From Chloroflexota bacterium (lineage in GTDB: Bacteria > Chloroflexota > Dormibacteria > CF-121): a DNA stretch of 48,970 nucleotides. How positions within the stretch are numbered: the stretch's first letter is position 1; each line of letters begins with the position of its first letter. Below the pieces are notes generated by a model. The model was given only the letters and a program-made list of their open reading frames with translations, made no database searches and was not told the DNA's origin. Below, in pieces: positions 16,947 to 25,696 of the stretch. Location: NCBI GenBank assembly GCA_005889225.1, contig VBEW01000077.1, positions 1 to 48,970 on the forward strand. The letters run 5' to 3'. Position numbers and translations under genes: made by a program.

Positions 16947-18740
16947 GTGCCCAGGGTCTTGATCACCGAGACCGTGCTGCGCGACGCGCAGCAGAGCCTG
17001 GTGCAGGGCCGCCTCAAGCTGCAGCATGTGCTGCCCATCGCCAAGAACCTCGACGATATCGGTTATCACGCGCTCGATGCCTGGGGCGGCTGGACCTTCG
17101 CGGCCTCGGTGCGCGCCCTCCAGGAGGATCCGTGGCAGCGGCTGCGCGCCCTGCGCGGCGCCATCGAAAAAACGCCACTGCAGATGTTGATCCGCGGTCA
17201 GACGCTGATCGCCCAGTCGCATCAGCCCGACGATGTGGTTCGCGCCTTCATCGGGCAGGCGGTGGAAGACGGGATCCGCGTGGTCCGCATGTTCGACCCG
17301 CTCAATGATCTACGCAACCTCGAGGTCCCGATCGAGGCAGCCCACAAGGCGGGTGCCCGCGTCATCGGGGCACTGGTCTACAGCCCGAGCCCGGTCGAAG
17401 ATGAGGCCTGGCTGGTGCGGTCGGCGAACCGCCTGAAGGCGCTCGGGGCCGATTGGATCGGCATCGAAGATGTGGCGGGTATCCTGGCGCCGGCCACTGC
17501 ACGGACGCTGGTCAGCGCGCTCGTGACCGGGACCAAGCTGCCCGTCAGTATCCATTCGCATTCAACGACAGCCCTGGCGCCGATCACCTACTTCGCCGCC
17601 ATCGAAGCCGGCGCGGCCGGGGTGGATACGGCGCTTTCAGCGCTCGCGTGGGGCGCCTCCCAACCGGCTACCGAGACGATGGTCGCCAGCCTGCACGACG
17701 GGCCCTACGACACCGGCCTCGATCTGACGCTGATCAGCCAGGCCAGCCGGTATTTCGACGAGATCCACGACGAGTATCTCGAGTTCCAGGATCCGATCGC
17801 GTTTCGCAACGACGTCTTTGTGCTCGAGCACCAACTGCCGGCCCCCGTGCTGGCTGTGATGATCCGCAATCTCCGCGAGCGCAAGGCCATCGATCGCTAT
17901 GACCGGTTGATGCATGAGCTGGTCCAGGTTCGCCAGGAGATGGGTTACCCGCCGATGGCCGCGCCCATCAACCGGATTGCGGCGAACCAGGCGCTGGCCA
18001 ACACGCTCAGTGATAAGCGCTACCAGCACATCGATCAGCCATTTCGAGACTACGTCAAGGGCCTGTACGGTGCTCCGCCCGCCGCGATCGATGCGGACGT
18101 GCGCAAGCGCGCGCTCGGCTCGTCAGAGGCGATCACGTTGCGGCCGGCCGACCTGCTGCAACCCGGCCTCGACCGGGCTCGGCGTGCGATGCGCAAGCAA
18201 GGGCTGACGCCAACCGGGATCGACCAGGTGTTGACCTATATCTTGTTCCCGGACGAGGCGCCCGGCATCCTCCGTCCCTCGGCGCGCCGGGTCGAGCCGG
18301 TCCCAACTGCAAGTCCGAGCCAAACGTCGGAGCCCGCGCCGGCACCTGCCCTCGTCACGGCGCCGGACCCGCCGGCCGCGCCGCCGCCGGCCGCGCGCGA
18401 ATTCACGGTCGAGGTCGACGGCGAGCCGTACCGCGTCCGGATTCTTGCCGACGCTGTCCCCGGCGCGGCTGCAGACGCCCCGCGGGCCGCGGTCGCAGCG
18501 CCGTCCGCTGGCAGGCCCACCGGTGGCAATGGGGCCATCCAGGCCCCGATGCAGGGCATGGTCGTCAAGGTCAAGGTCGCGCCCGGCGACAAGGTTCGCC
18601 TCGGTGACGTGGTCGTCGTGCTCGAAGCCATGAAAATGCAGAACGACATCGTCGCCACCCTCGGCGGAACGGTTCGCGAGGTCTTCGCCAAAGAGGGGAG
18701 CATCGTGGCGCCCAACGAAGTGCTGATGACGATTGGCTAG
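16947..18740 (+). CDS. pycB: biotin-dependent carboxyltransferase + BCCP subunit (pyruvate carboxylase subunit B / oxaloacetate decarboxylase alpha-like)
   Basis: N-terminus ITETVLRDAQQS (HMGL-like TIM barrel), a P/A-rich linker, and a 1.3S-like C-terminal biotinyl domain with EAMKMQN. Confidence 0.85.
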   Translation: MPRVLITETVLRDAQQSLVQGRLKLQHVLPIAKNLDDIGYHALDAWGGWTFAASVRALQEDPWQRLRALRGAIEKTPLQMLIRGQTLIAQSHQPDDVVRAFIGQAVEDGIRVVRMFDPLNDLRNLEVPIEAAHKAGARVIGALVYSPSPVEDEAWLVRSANRLKALGADWIGIEDVAGILAPATARTLVSALVTGTKLPVSIHSHSTTALAPITYFAAIEAGAAGVDTALSALAWGASQPATETMVASLHDGPYDTGLDLTLISQASRYFDEIHDEYLEFQDPIAFRNDVFVLEHQLPAPVLAVMIRNLRERKAIDRYDRLMHELVQVRQEMGYPPMAAPINRIAANQALANTLSDKRYQHIDQPFRDYVKGLYGAPPAAIDADVRKRALGSSEAITLRPADLLQPGLDRARRAMRKQGLTPTGIDQVLTYILFPDEAPGILRPSARRVEPVPTASPSQTSEPAPAPALVTAPDPPAAPPPAAREFTVEVDGEPYRVRILADAVPGAAADAPRAAVAAPSAGRPTGGNGAIQAPMQGMVVKVKVAPGDKVRLGDVVVVLEAMKMQNDIVATLGGTVREVFAKEGSIVAPNEVLMTIG

Positions 18741-20172
18741 CGTCACCAAAGTCCTGATCGCGAACCGCGGGGAGATCGCCCTTCGCGTGATGCGCACCTG
18801 CCGCGAGATGGGGGTGCCTACCGTCGCGGTTTATGCCGAGCCGGATGCCCGTGCTCCCCACGCCTACTTCGCCGACGAGCGGGTGCCGCTGGCTGGGCCG
18901 TCGCCGCGCCAGGCCTATCTCGACATCGATCAACTGGTTCGGGTCGCCCGGGAGCGGGGGGCTGACGCGGTTCATCCCGGCTATGGGTTCCTTTCCGAGA
19001 ATCCCAGCTTCGCGGAGGCCTGCGTCAACAACGGCCTGACCTTTATCGGACCCTCGGCGTCCAGCATGCGGGCGATGGGCGACAAGGTCGAGGCTCGTCG
19101 CCGAATGATCGAGGCCGGCGTCCCCGTCGTGCCAGGGACCACCGCGTTGCGCGACGAACAGGCGGCGGTCACCGAGGCGGCGCGGATCGGTTACCCGGTG
19201 CTGGTCAAAGCCGCGGCCGGCGGTGGCGGCATCGGAATGCGGGTGGCCCAGCAGGCTGGGGAGCTCCCCGCCGCCTTTGAGGCCTGCCGCCGCGCGGCGC
19301 AGGCATCCTTCGGCAGCCCCGATGTCTATCTCGAGCGTTATCTCTCGCACCCTCGCCACATCGAGATCCAGGTGCTCGCCGATGGCCACGGCACAACGCT
19401 TGCGCTCGGTGAGCGAGAGTGCTCCATCCAACGGCGGCATCAGAAACTCCTGGAGGAAACGCCGGCCGTCGGCCTGACCGACGCGCGCCGCCGTGCCATG
19501 GCAGAGGCGGCCGTCAAGGCCGCCGCGGCGGTCGGTTATCAGAACGCTGGGACCATTGAGTTCATCGTGTCGGGTGAGGATTTCTACTTCCTCGAAATGA
19601 ACACCCGGCTGCAGGTCGAGCATCCGGTTACCGAGTTGGTGCTCGGCATCGACCTGGTGCGCGAGCAGGTCCGGATCTCGCGTGGCGAGCGGATCCCGGC
19701 CCAGGGCTATTCCTCGCCGCGCGGCCACGCCATCGAATTCCGGATCAACGCCGAGGATGCCCTGCGTAACTTCATGCCCACGCCCCGCCGGATTCAGCGG
19801 TACGCGCCGCCCGCCGGACCGGGCGTTCGAGTCGATAGCGGCATCCGGCCGCACCAGGAGATCTCCCCACACTTCGATTCGCTCCTGCTCAAGTTGATCG
19901 TCTGGGCGGACGATCGGGATGCCGCTATCGGCCGGGGGCGCCGCGCCCTTCAGGAGCTGGTGCTCACCGGGCCGAAGACCACCGTCCCATTCCATCGCGC
20001 CCTGCTTGAGGAAGCCGATTTCCTCAACGGCCGGATCTCGACGAGTTTCATCCAGGAGCACCCACGCCTGCTGGAGAAAACCAGGGAGTTCGATGCCCAG
20101 GGGTCGCCGCTCGAGTCACTCTACGGCGGCGCCGAGGTTGCGGCGGCCATCGCGGCCGCGGTTACCGACTGA
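18733..20172 (+). CDS. pycA: biotin carboxylase subunit (pyruvate carboxylase subunit A / AccC-like)
   Basis: KVLIANRGEIALRVMR, GGGGIGMR and EMNTRLQVEHPVTE. The TTG start overlaps the pycB end by 8 nt. Confidence 0.88.
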   Translation: MASVTKVLIANRGEIALRVMRTCREMGVPTVAVYAEPDARAPHAYFADERVPLAGPSPRQAYLDIDQLVRVARERGADAVHPGYGFLSENPSFAEACVNNGLTFIGPSASSMRAMGDKVEARRRMIEAGVPVVPGTTALRDEQAAVTEAARIGYPVLVKAAAGGGGIGMRVAQQAGELPAAFEACRRAAQASFGSPDVYLERYLSHPRHIEIQVLADGHGTTLALGERECSIQRRHQKLLEETPAVGLTDARRRAMAEAAVKAAAAVGYQNAGTIEFIVSGEDFYFLEMNTRLQVEHPVTELVLGIDLVREQVRISRGERIPAQGYSSPRGHAIEFRINAEDALRNFMPTPRRIQRYAPPAGPGVRVDSGIRPHQEISPHFDSLLLKLIVWADDRDAAIGRGRRALQELVLTGPKTTVPFHRALLEEADFLNGRISTSFIQEHPRLLEKTREFDAQGSPLESLYGGAEVAAAIAAAVTD

Positions 20173-22432
20173 TAACCAGAGGGGCGCTGTATTCCTGGGC
20201 CAGCGGTGCGCCATTGATGTCCGTGACGCCCCTGGTGACCACGAGCTGATAGGTGCCCGGCCGCAGCCGGACGTTGACTATGGCCAGATGCTTGTCGGGA
20301 TCGAAGCTCACCCGCGCGGCCATCAGCTGGCCACTCGCATCCTTGACCTGGATCGTGTCGCCGCTGACGCTATCCGGTTTAAGGTCGGCGTCAAACCGTA
20401 CCCGCACCTGCTGGCCCGGCGGGGCCTGGAGGATTTGCACCGAGACGACCGTCGGACCGTGGCCGAGAGCCATGGTGTCGGAGGCCTTGACGCCATCGAC
20501 CAGGTAACGCTGAGCCTGCAGGGTCAGACTGAGCTGCTCTTCGAAAAAGCTGGTCTCAACGCCTGATTTCGCGATGAAGATGCGGACGCCCACCAGGAAC
20601 TTGTTCGGGTTGGAGCCGGTCAGCTGCACGGTGACGGGGTAGTAGCGGTTGAATTGCGTCCCCGCGGGACTAAACAGCGAGGATGCGCCCGCCTGGTAGG
20701 CCGCTCGACCGGCATCGTCCAGTGCGTCCTGCGCGGTGCTGGTATCACCGTGAATGCGGGCTTGCATGAATTTCTCGACTTCAGCCAGCGCCTCCTGTTC
20801 CGCCGCATCGTTTCCGGACGGGGCCGAGGTGGCGGTCCAGAACGCGTTCCCGCCGGCTTCGTCCCTGCGGGTGAAGAGCACGAGGTCGCCGCTCGGTGAC
20901 CATTGCGGGGCGCTGTACTCCCGCTCGGGACCGAACCTGATTGGATTGCTGCCATCGCGATTGACCAGCATCAGGACGGACATTGTGTTGATCCCCTCGG
21001 TTGGCCTGGCGGCGAAGAGGAGCGAAGCCGCGTCGGGCGCCCAGTTCAGGTCGGACCAGGCCTGACCGCTGGGGCCGCTGGCAATCCTGGACGTCTTGCC
21101 GTCCGCCACCACGTACAGATCCGTGCCCTTGTCCCGCTGGATCGTGAACGCAAGGTCGCCCTTGCTCGACCAGGCAAAGCCGGTGGCACCGTCGGGCAGG
21201 CGCCGGGTGGTGGATGGGGTCAGGTCCAACACGACCGAGCCGGTGGTCGACTGCACTGCCAGGAACTGTCCGTTCGGCGAAGCGGCCAGGCTGCCGTCGT
21301 GGTCGACTTTCAGTGTCGCTGCCACAACCGGGCTGTGCAGCCCGACGAGGCGGAGCACGCCCTGATCCACATAGGCGAGCCGGTCCGGGCCAATCCAAAC
21401 CGCCGGACGATCGGGGACGCCGTCAACGGTGGCGACCGTCGATACCAGGTTGCCCTGCAGGTCACGGACCTCGAGGGTGGCCTGGTTCCCCTGCAACTGA
21501 CGCCAAACGCTGAAGAGCCCACCCGAGGGTGCCGCCGCCGGGAAGTTGCCGCCGGGGGCCACCAGCCGGACCGGCGTGCCGATCGGGCTCATCAGCCAGA
21601 CGTCGGTGGTTGGGGCAGAACCGAAAGCCGTCGCCGTCGGCGACTGGCTGGGCAGCGTGGCGGGCCCCGGCAGGCCACCCGGGCGGGTGACCAGCAGCTG
21701 GCCCGCGGGAGTCCAGGTCGCGGCCAGGATCTTGCCCGAGTCCGCCAGCCGGCTGTCGAACCCATAGGTCACGCCGGCGCTCCGAAACGACGGCGGCACC
21801 ACCGGCGGGGCCGGCGCCCGGACGGTGGTGAAATGCACCACGACCGGGGTGGGTGCTACCGCGGGCTTCGGCGTGCTGGTGGGGTTGCCAGGGTTCGCGC
21901 TCGCCGCCGCAGCCTTTGGCTTGAGGGTCACGGTATACGTCGTGTTGGGGGCCAGCGGATGATTCGGGACGATCACGAGCGTGTTCCCTACCCACTGCTT
22001 GGTAACCGATGTCGCCGGCTCGATTTGCACCGTCTCCTCGACCGCTGCCTTGTCGACCGGACCGCTGAACTTGATCTCGATGGGCTCGGCGGTCGCGACG
22101 TTCGTCTTGTTATTGATCGGGCTGACAACGGCGACTGGCGAGCCCGTCGGCCGGTTCGCCAGGTAGATCTCGATGCCAAGCACAACGATGAAGCCGGCGG
22201 CCACCGCCGCCATCGCCGGCGCGAGCACCGAAGGCGTCAAGTTGAATGGGAACCATGACCGCGACGCTCGTGGAGTGAGCGTCTTCCTCGCCTCGGCCAT
22301 CAGCTGGGCGCGCAGGTGTAGTCGGAAGTTGGGGTCGAGCGGAGGCGTCGCGGGCCGCGACGCCTTGAGGAGGTCCACCACTTCGTGGTGGGCCGGATCG
22401 GTGAAGAGTTCGTCGAGCTCTCTGTCGTCCAT
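20162..22432 (-). CDS. single-pass membrane protein, putative anti-sigma factor with Ig-like and TolB-like beta-propeller ectodomains
   Basis: 1-nt overlap (TGATG) with the upstream ECF sigma gene. Cytoplasmic N-terminus of ~80 aa, then TM VLAPAMAAVAAGFIVVLGIEIYL. SbsA/Big_5-like segments lie near both ends, and PD40-like repeats are present (WAPDAASLLFA, QWSPSGDLVLFT). The anti-sigma role is inferred from context only. Confidence 0.55.
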   Translation of the reverse strand: MDDRELDELFTDPAHHEVVDLLKASRPATPPLDPNFRLHLRAQLMAEARKTLTPRASRSWFPFNLTPSVLAPAMAAVAAGFIVVLGIEIYLANRPTGSPVAVVSPINNKTNVATAEPIEIKFSGPVDKAAVEETVQIEPATSVTKQWVGNTLVIVPNHPLAPNTTYTVTLKPKAAAASANPGNPTSTPKPAVAPTPVVVHFTTVRAPAPPVVPPSFRSAGVTYGFDSRLADSGKILAATWTPAGQLLVTRPGGLPGPATLPSQSPTATAFGSAPTTDVWLMSPIGTPVRLVAPGGNFPAAAPSGGLFSVWRQLQGNQATLEVRDLQGNLVSTVATVDGVPDRPAVWIGPDRLAYVDQGVLRLVGLHSPVVAATLKVDHDGSLAASPNGQFLAVQSTTGSVVLDLTPSTTRRLPDGATGFAWSSKGDLAFTIQRDKGTDLYVVADGKTSRIASGPSGQAWSDLNWAPDAASLLFAARPTEGINTMSVLMLVNRDGSNPIRFGPEREYSAPQWSPSGDLVLFTRRDEAGGNAFWTATSAPSGNDAAEQEALAEVEKFMQARIHGDTSTAQDALDDAGRAAYQAGASSLFSPAGTQFNRYYPVTVQLTGSNPNKFLVGVRIFIAKSGVETSFFEEQLSLTLQAQRYLVDGVKASDTMALGHGPTVVSVQILQAPPGQQVRVRFDADLKPDSVSGDTIQVKDASGQLMAARVSFDPDKHLAIVNVRLRPGTYQLVVTRGVTDINGAPLAQEYSAPLVISR

Positions 22433-22995
22433 CAGGGCGTCCCCAGTTCGAATTCCGGCGGGAGTTCCCGGCGCAGCCGCTCGACCCCGCGGTGGAGCAG
22501 CAGCTTGACCGCGCCCGAGCTCTTGCCCAGGATCTGGGCGATCTCCTCGATCTTCCGGTCCTCGCCGAACTTCAGCACCATGGCGGCCCGCTGCTGCTTC
22601 GGCAGCTGGTCAATCGCGGACCAGACCCGGCGGCTGCGATCGCGCCGCACCACCTCGTCGACCACCGTCGGCTCGGAGCTGGGCAGGCTGGCACCCTCCT
22701 CGAGCTCTACCTCTTTTGCCGCCGCCCCGCGATAGTGGTCGGCGACGGCGTTCAGCGTGATCTGGTAGAGCCAGGAGGAGAAGGGGTGGCCCGAGTAGGT
22801 GTACCGTTTGATGTTTTTCAGCGCTTTAAAGAACACCTCCGACGTCACATCCTCTGCCAGCGACTGGTCTCGCACTCGTGAATACGCAAAGCGATAGATC
22901 TGCGGGAAATAGCGATCGTAAAGCGCCCCGAACGCGTCCGGGTCCAGCTTCGCACGCTCGACAAGTTCCCGCTCTTCAAATCTGTCCGGCATCAA
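22432..22995 (-). CDS. ECF-type RNA polymerase sigma-70 family factor
   Basis: Region 2 (FGALYDRYFPQIYRFAYSRV...AEDVTSEVFFKAL) and region 4 HTH (IEEIAQILGKSSGAVKLLLHRGVERLR). 187 aa. Confidence 0.85.
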   Translation of the reverse strand: MMPDRFEERELVERAKLDPDAFGALYDRYFPQIYRFAYSRVRDQSLAEDVTSEVFFKALKNIKRYTYSGHPFSSWLYQITLNAVADHYRGAAAKEVELEEGASLPSSEPTVVDEVVRRDRSRRVWSAIDQLPKQQRAAMVLKFGEDRKIEEIAQILGKSSGAVKLLLHRGVERLRRELPPEFELGTP

Positions 22996-23032
22996 GGCAC
23001 CCCACGGGGCGCCCGCTGCAGACTGAACGGGA

Positions 23033-23057
23033 GACGCCCCCTCTTGGTTACGTGTTC
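23033..23057 (-). promoter_or_regulatory. candidate ECF-type promoter (GAAC-N17-CGTC) upstream of the sigma factor gene
   Basis: The minus strand reads GAAC acgtaaccaagaggggg CGTC about 38-60 nt upstream of the sigma ATG. This is a motif match only. Confidence 0.25.
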
Positions 23058-23162
23058 GGCCAATTTACCAGCAACTCCCGTATCAGAAAAAGTCGCCCAA
23101 AGGGAGGGACGTTACGGTTTGCGTCGCGCCTGGTCCACCGGTTTTGGGCGGGGAATCGCCAG

Positions 23163-23168
23163 TATAAT
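23163..23168 (+). promoter_or_regulatory. candidate -10 hexamer (perfect TATAAT) upstream of purB
   Basis: TATAAT lies 48 nt before the purB TTG start, with AAAGGAG between. The -35 is poor. Confidence 0.3.
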
Positions 23169-23215
23169 CAGCCGGTCACCGACGGCCCGCCACCCAAAAG
23201 GAGACCAGCCGCCGT

Positions 23216-24562
23216 TTGATCCCCCGGTACGCTCACCCGGAGATGAGCGAGATCTTCTCTCCAACGCAGCGCTACGAACTGTGGCTGCGGATCGAACTCA
23301 TCGTGACCGACGGGTGGGCCGAGATCGGGGAGATCCCGAAATCGGCGATCGACCGCCTCCGGCACGCGACCGTCGATGCCGAACACATCGCACGCCTGGA
23401 GGAGCGAGTCGGCCATGACGTGGTCGCCTTCCTGGACTCGCTGGCGGAATCGGTCGGCGACGATGCCCGCTACCTGCACCGCGGTCTGACCTCCTCCGAC
23501 ATCCTCGATACGGCGCTCGCGCTGCAGCTGGTGCGCGCCGCCGACATCCTTCTCAAGGACGTCGATCGGCTCTCGTCCGTGATCCGGCGCCGGGCGATCG
23601 AGGAGCGCGGCACCTTGATGGCCGGCCGGACCCATGGGATCCATGCGGAACCACTCAGCTTCGGCTTCGTGCTCGCGGGCTGGCTGGACGAGCTGGACCG
23701 CGACCGCCAGCGGCTGCTCACCGTGCGCGAAGACGTCCGCGTGGGCAAGCTGTCCGGCGCAGTGGGCACCCACGCCACCGTCGACCCGCGCGTCGAAGAA
23801 GCCGCCCTGGCGAAGCTGAGCCTGAAGGTCGCGCCGGTGACGACCCAGGTGATCGCGCGCGACCGGCACGCCGCCTATCTCTCAACGCTCGCGGTGCTTG
23901 GCGGCAGCCTGGAGAAATTCGCGACCGACATCCGTCATCTGCAGCGGAGTGAGGTCTCCGAGGTCCGCGAGCCGTTCGGCGACCAGCAGAAGGGCTCCTC
24001 CGCGATGCCGCACAAACGCAACCCCATTCTCAGCGAGCGAGTCTGTGGCCTGGCCCGGGTGATCCGCGGCTACGCCCAGACGGCGCTGGAGAACCAGGCA
24101 CTCTGGCACGAGCGCGATATCAGCCACTCCTCCGCGGAGCGGATCATCTTTCCCGATGCCTGCATCCTTCTCGATTACATGCTTCGCTTGATGGCCGACA
24201 TCCTGGAAGGGTTGACCATCGACCGCGCGCGCATGCGGGCCAACCTGTACCGCAGCGGCGGCGTGGTTTTCTCCCAGCGGGTCCTGCTGGCTCTGGTGCA
24301 AAAGGGGATGTCCCGCCAGGATGCCTACCGGGTGGTGCAGCGGGCGGCCCTGACTGCGCTCGATGATGGACAGGATTTCAAGACCATCGTCGGACAGGTG
24401 CCGGAGGTTCGCGAGCGACTGACCGCCGAGGAACTGGCCGAGCTGTTCGATCCGGCCTATTACCTGCGCCATCTCGATGTGACCTTCGAGCGCCTCGGCC
24501 TCGAACCCGTGGCCTTATCACCCTCCCAGGCTGGCGGGCGCGGGGAGGGTGGGGGATTGTGA
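23216..24562 (+). CDS. purB: adenylosuccinate lyase
   Basis: Fumarate-lyase signature GSSAMPHKRNP, N-terminus IPRYAHPEM and 448 aa. TTG start. Confidence 0.92.
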   Translation: MIPRYAHPEMSEIFSPTQRYELWLRIELIVTDGWAEIGEIPKSAIDRLRHATVDAEHIARLEERVGHDVVAFLDSLAESVGDDARYLHRGLTSSDILDTALALQLVRAADILLKDVDRLSSVIRRRAIEERGTLMAGRTHGIHAEPLSFGFVLAGWLDELDRDRQRLLTVREDVRVGKLSGAVGTHATVDPRVEEAALAKLSLKVAPVTTQVIARDRHAAYLSTLAVLGGSLEKFATDIRHLQRSEVSEVREPFGDQQKGSSAMPHKRNPILSERVCGLARVIRGYAQTALENQALWHERDISHSSAERIIFPDACILLDYMLRLMADILEGLTIDRARMRANLYRSGGVVFSQRVLLALVQKGMSRQDAYRVVQRAALTALDDGQDFKTIVGQVPEVRERLTAEELAELFDPAYYLRHLDVTFERLGLEPVALSPSQAGGRGEGGGL

Positions 24563-25455
24563 CCGCCATTCTGACCACCTCGCTGCGGCTCCCACTCCAC
24601 TCGCGGGGAAAGGTGCGCGATACCTACCGTCTCAGCGATCGCGAGCTCCTGATGGTGACGACCGACCGGATCTCCGCCTTCGACGTCGTGCTGCCGACCC
24701 CAATTCCAGAAAAAGGCCGCGTCCTGAATCAGCTGTCCCTCTCCTGGTTCCGTAACACCGCCGCCCTGGTCCGCAACCACGTTGCCCCTGCGCTGTCGAT
24801 CCCAGCAGCGGTCCTCAGCGAGCACCCGGATCTCGAGCAGCGCAGCATGCGGGTCGTGATGGCCGAGCCCATCCCATTCGAGTGCGTGGTGCGCGGCTAT
24901 ATTTCCGGCTCGGGTTGGAAGGACTACCAGCGGACCGGGTCGATCGCTGGTGAGCGGCTGCCCGCGGGGTTGCGAGAGAGCGACCGGCTGCCGGAGCCGA
25001 TTTTTACGCCGGCCACCAAGGCGACCTCCGGCCATGATGAAAACATCTCGCCCACCGAGCTCGCCAACCGGATTGGCCAGGAGCTGACCCAGACGCTCAA
25101 ACGGCTCAGCCTGTCGCTCTACCAGTTTGCCGCGGAGCGCGCGCTGCAGTCGGGACTCATCCTGGCGGATACGAAGTTTGAGTTCGGGTTCGATGGTGGT
25201 GACGTCATCTTGATCGACGAGCTGTTGACGCCCGATTCGTCGCGATACTGGGATGCGCAACGATATCGGGCCGGCGGACCCCAGCCCTCATTCGATAAGC
25301 AGTTCGTCCGCGATTACCTCGAGCAGATTGGCTGGAACAAGCACCCGCCGGCGCCCTCGCTGCCTGATGAGGTCGTCGAGGGAACGAGTGCCCGCTACCT
25401 CGAGGCGCTCCGGCGCCTGACCATCGAGCGTCTGCAGGTGGGCTCCCGTGTTTAA
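24559..25455 (+). CDS. purC: phosphoribosylaminoimidazole-succinocarboxamide (SAICAR) synthase
   Basis: GKVRDTY...TDRISAFD, LADTKFEFG. The GTG start overlaps the purB stop. Confidence 0.92.
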   Translation: MTAILTTSLRLPLHSRGKVRDTYRLSDRELLMVTTDRISAFDVVLPTPIPEKGRVLNQLSLSWFRNTAALVRNHVAPALSIPAAVLSEHPDLEQRSMRVVMAEPIPFECVVRGYISGSGWKDYQRTGSIAGERLPAGLRESDRLPEPIFTPATKATSGHDENISPTELANRIGQELTQTLKRLSLSLYQFAAERALQSGLILADTKFEFGFDGGDVILIDELLTPDSSRYWDAQRYRAGGPQPSFDKQFVRDYLEQIGWNKHPPAPSLPDEVVEGTSARYLEALRRLTIERLQVGSRV

Positions 25456-25696
25456 GGCTGAAGTCTTCGTCACGCTGAAGCCGGTCGTCAATGATCCGGC
25501 TGGCCTCACGATCCGGGGCGGCCTGCAGGCTCTCGGGTTCGAGTCGGTGAAGGATGTGCGGGCGGGCAAATATCTCGCGATCACTCTGGACGAGCCGGAC
25601 GAAGCTCGTGCCCGGGCTCGTGTGGAGGAGATGGCGCAGCAGCTGCTCGCCAATGCGGTTATCGAAGATTTCCGCATCGAGGTACAGCCGGCATGA
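25448..25696 (+). CDS. purS: FGAM synthase subunit PurS
   Basis: An 82-aa protein, FKAEVFVTLKPVVNDPAG, lying between purC and purQ. Confidence 0.88.
   Translation: MFKAEVFVTLKPVVNDPAGLTIRGGLQALGFESVKDVRAGKYLAITLDEPDEARARARVEEMAQQLLANAVIEDFRIEVQPA

Noticed and set aside
18571-20061. 496-aa minus-strand ORF antisense to the biotin carboxylase gene
   Set aside because: This is the same artefact class: an R/G/P/A-rich translation with no motifs, fully covered by a gene with canonical AccC motifs.
18733-20172. Idea that the ATP-grasp gene after purE could be the missing purK
   Set aside because: The protein is 479 aa with full biotin-carboxylase motifs (KVLIANRGEIA, EMNTRLQVEHPVTE). It is coupled to a BCCP-carrying carboxyltransferase, so it is not PurK.
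20903-22258. 451-aa plus-strand ORF inside the anti-sigma-like gene (and several smaller ORFs in both orientations, 20620-22185)
   Set aside because: These translations are Arg/Gly/Pro-rich. The minus-strand 756-aa frame has coherent TM, Ig-like and propeller features and is coupled to the sigma gene.
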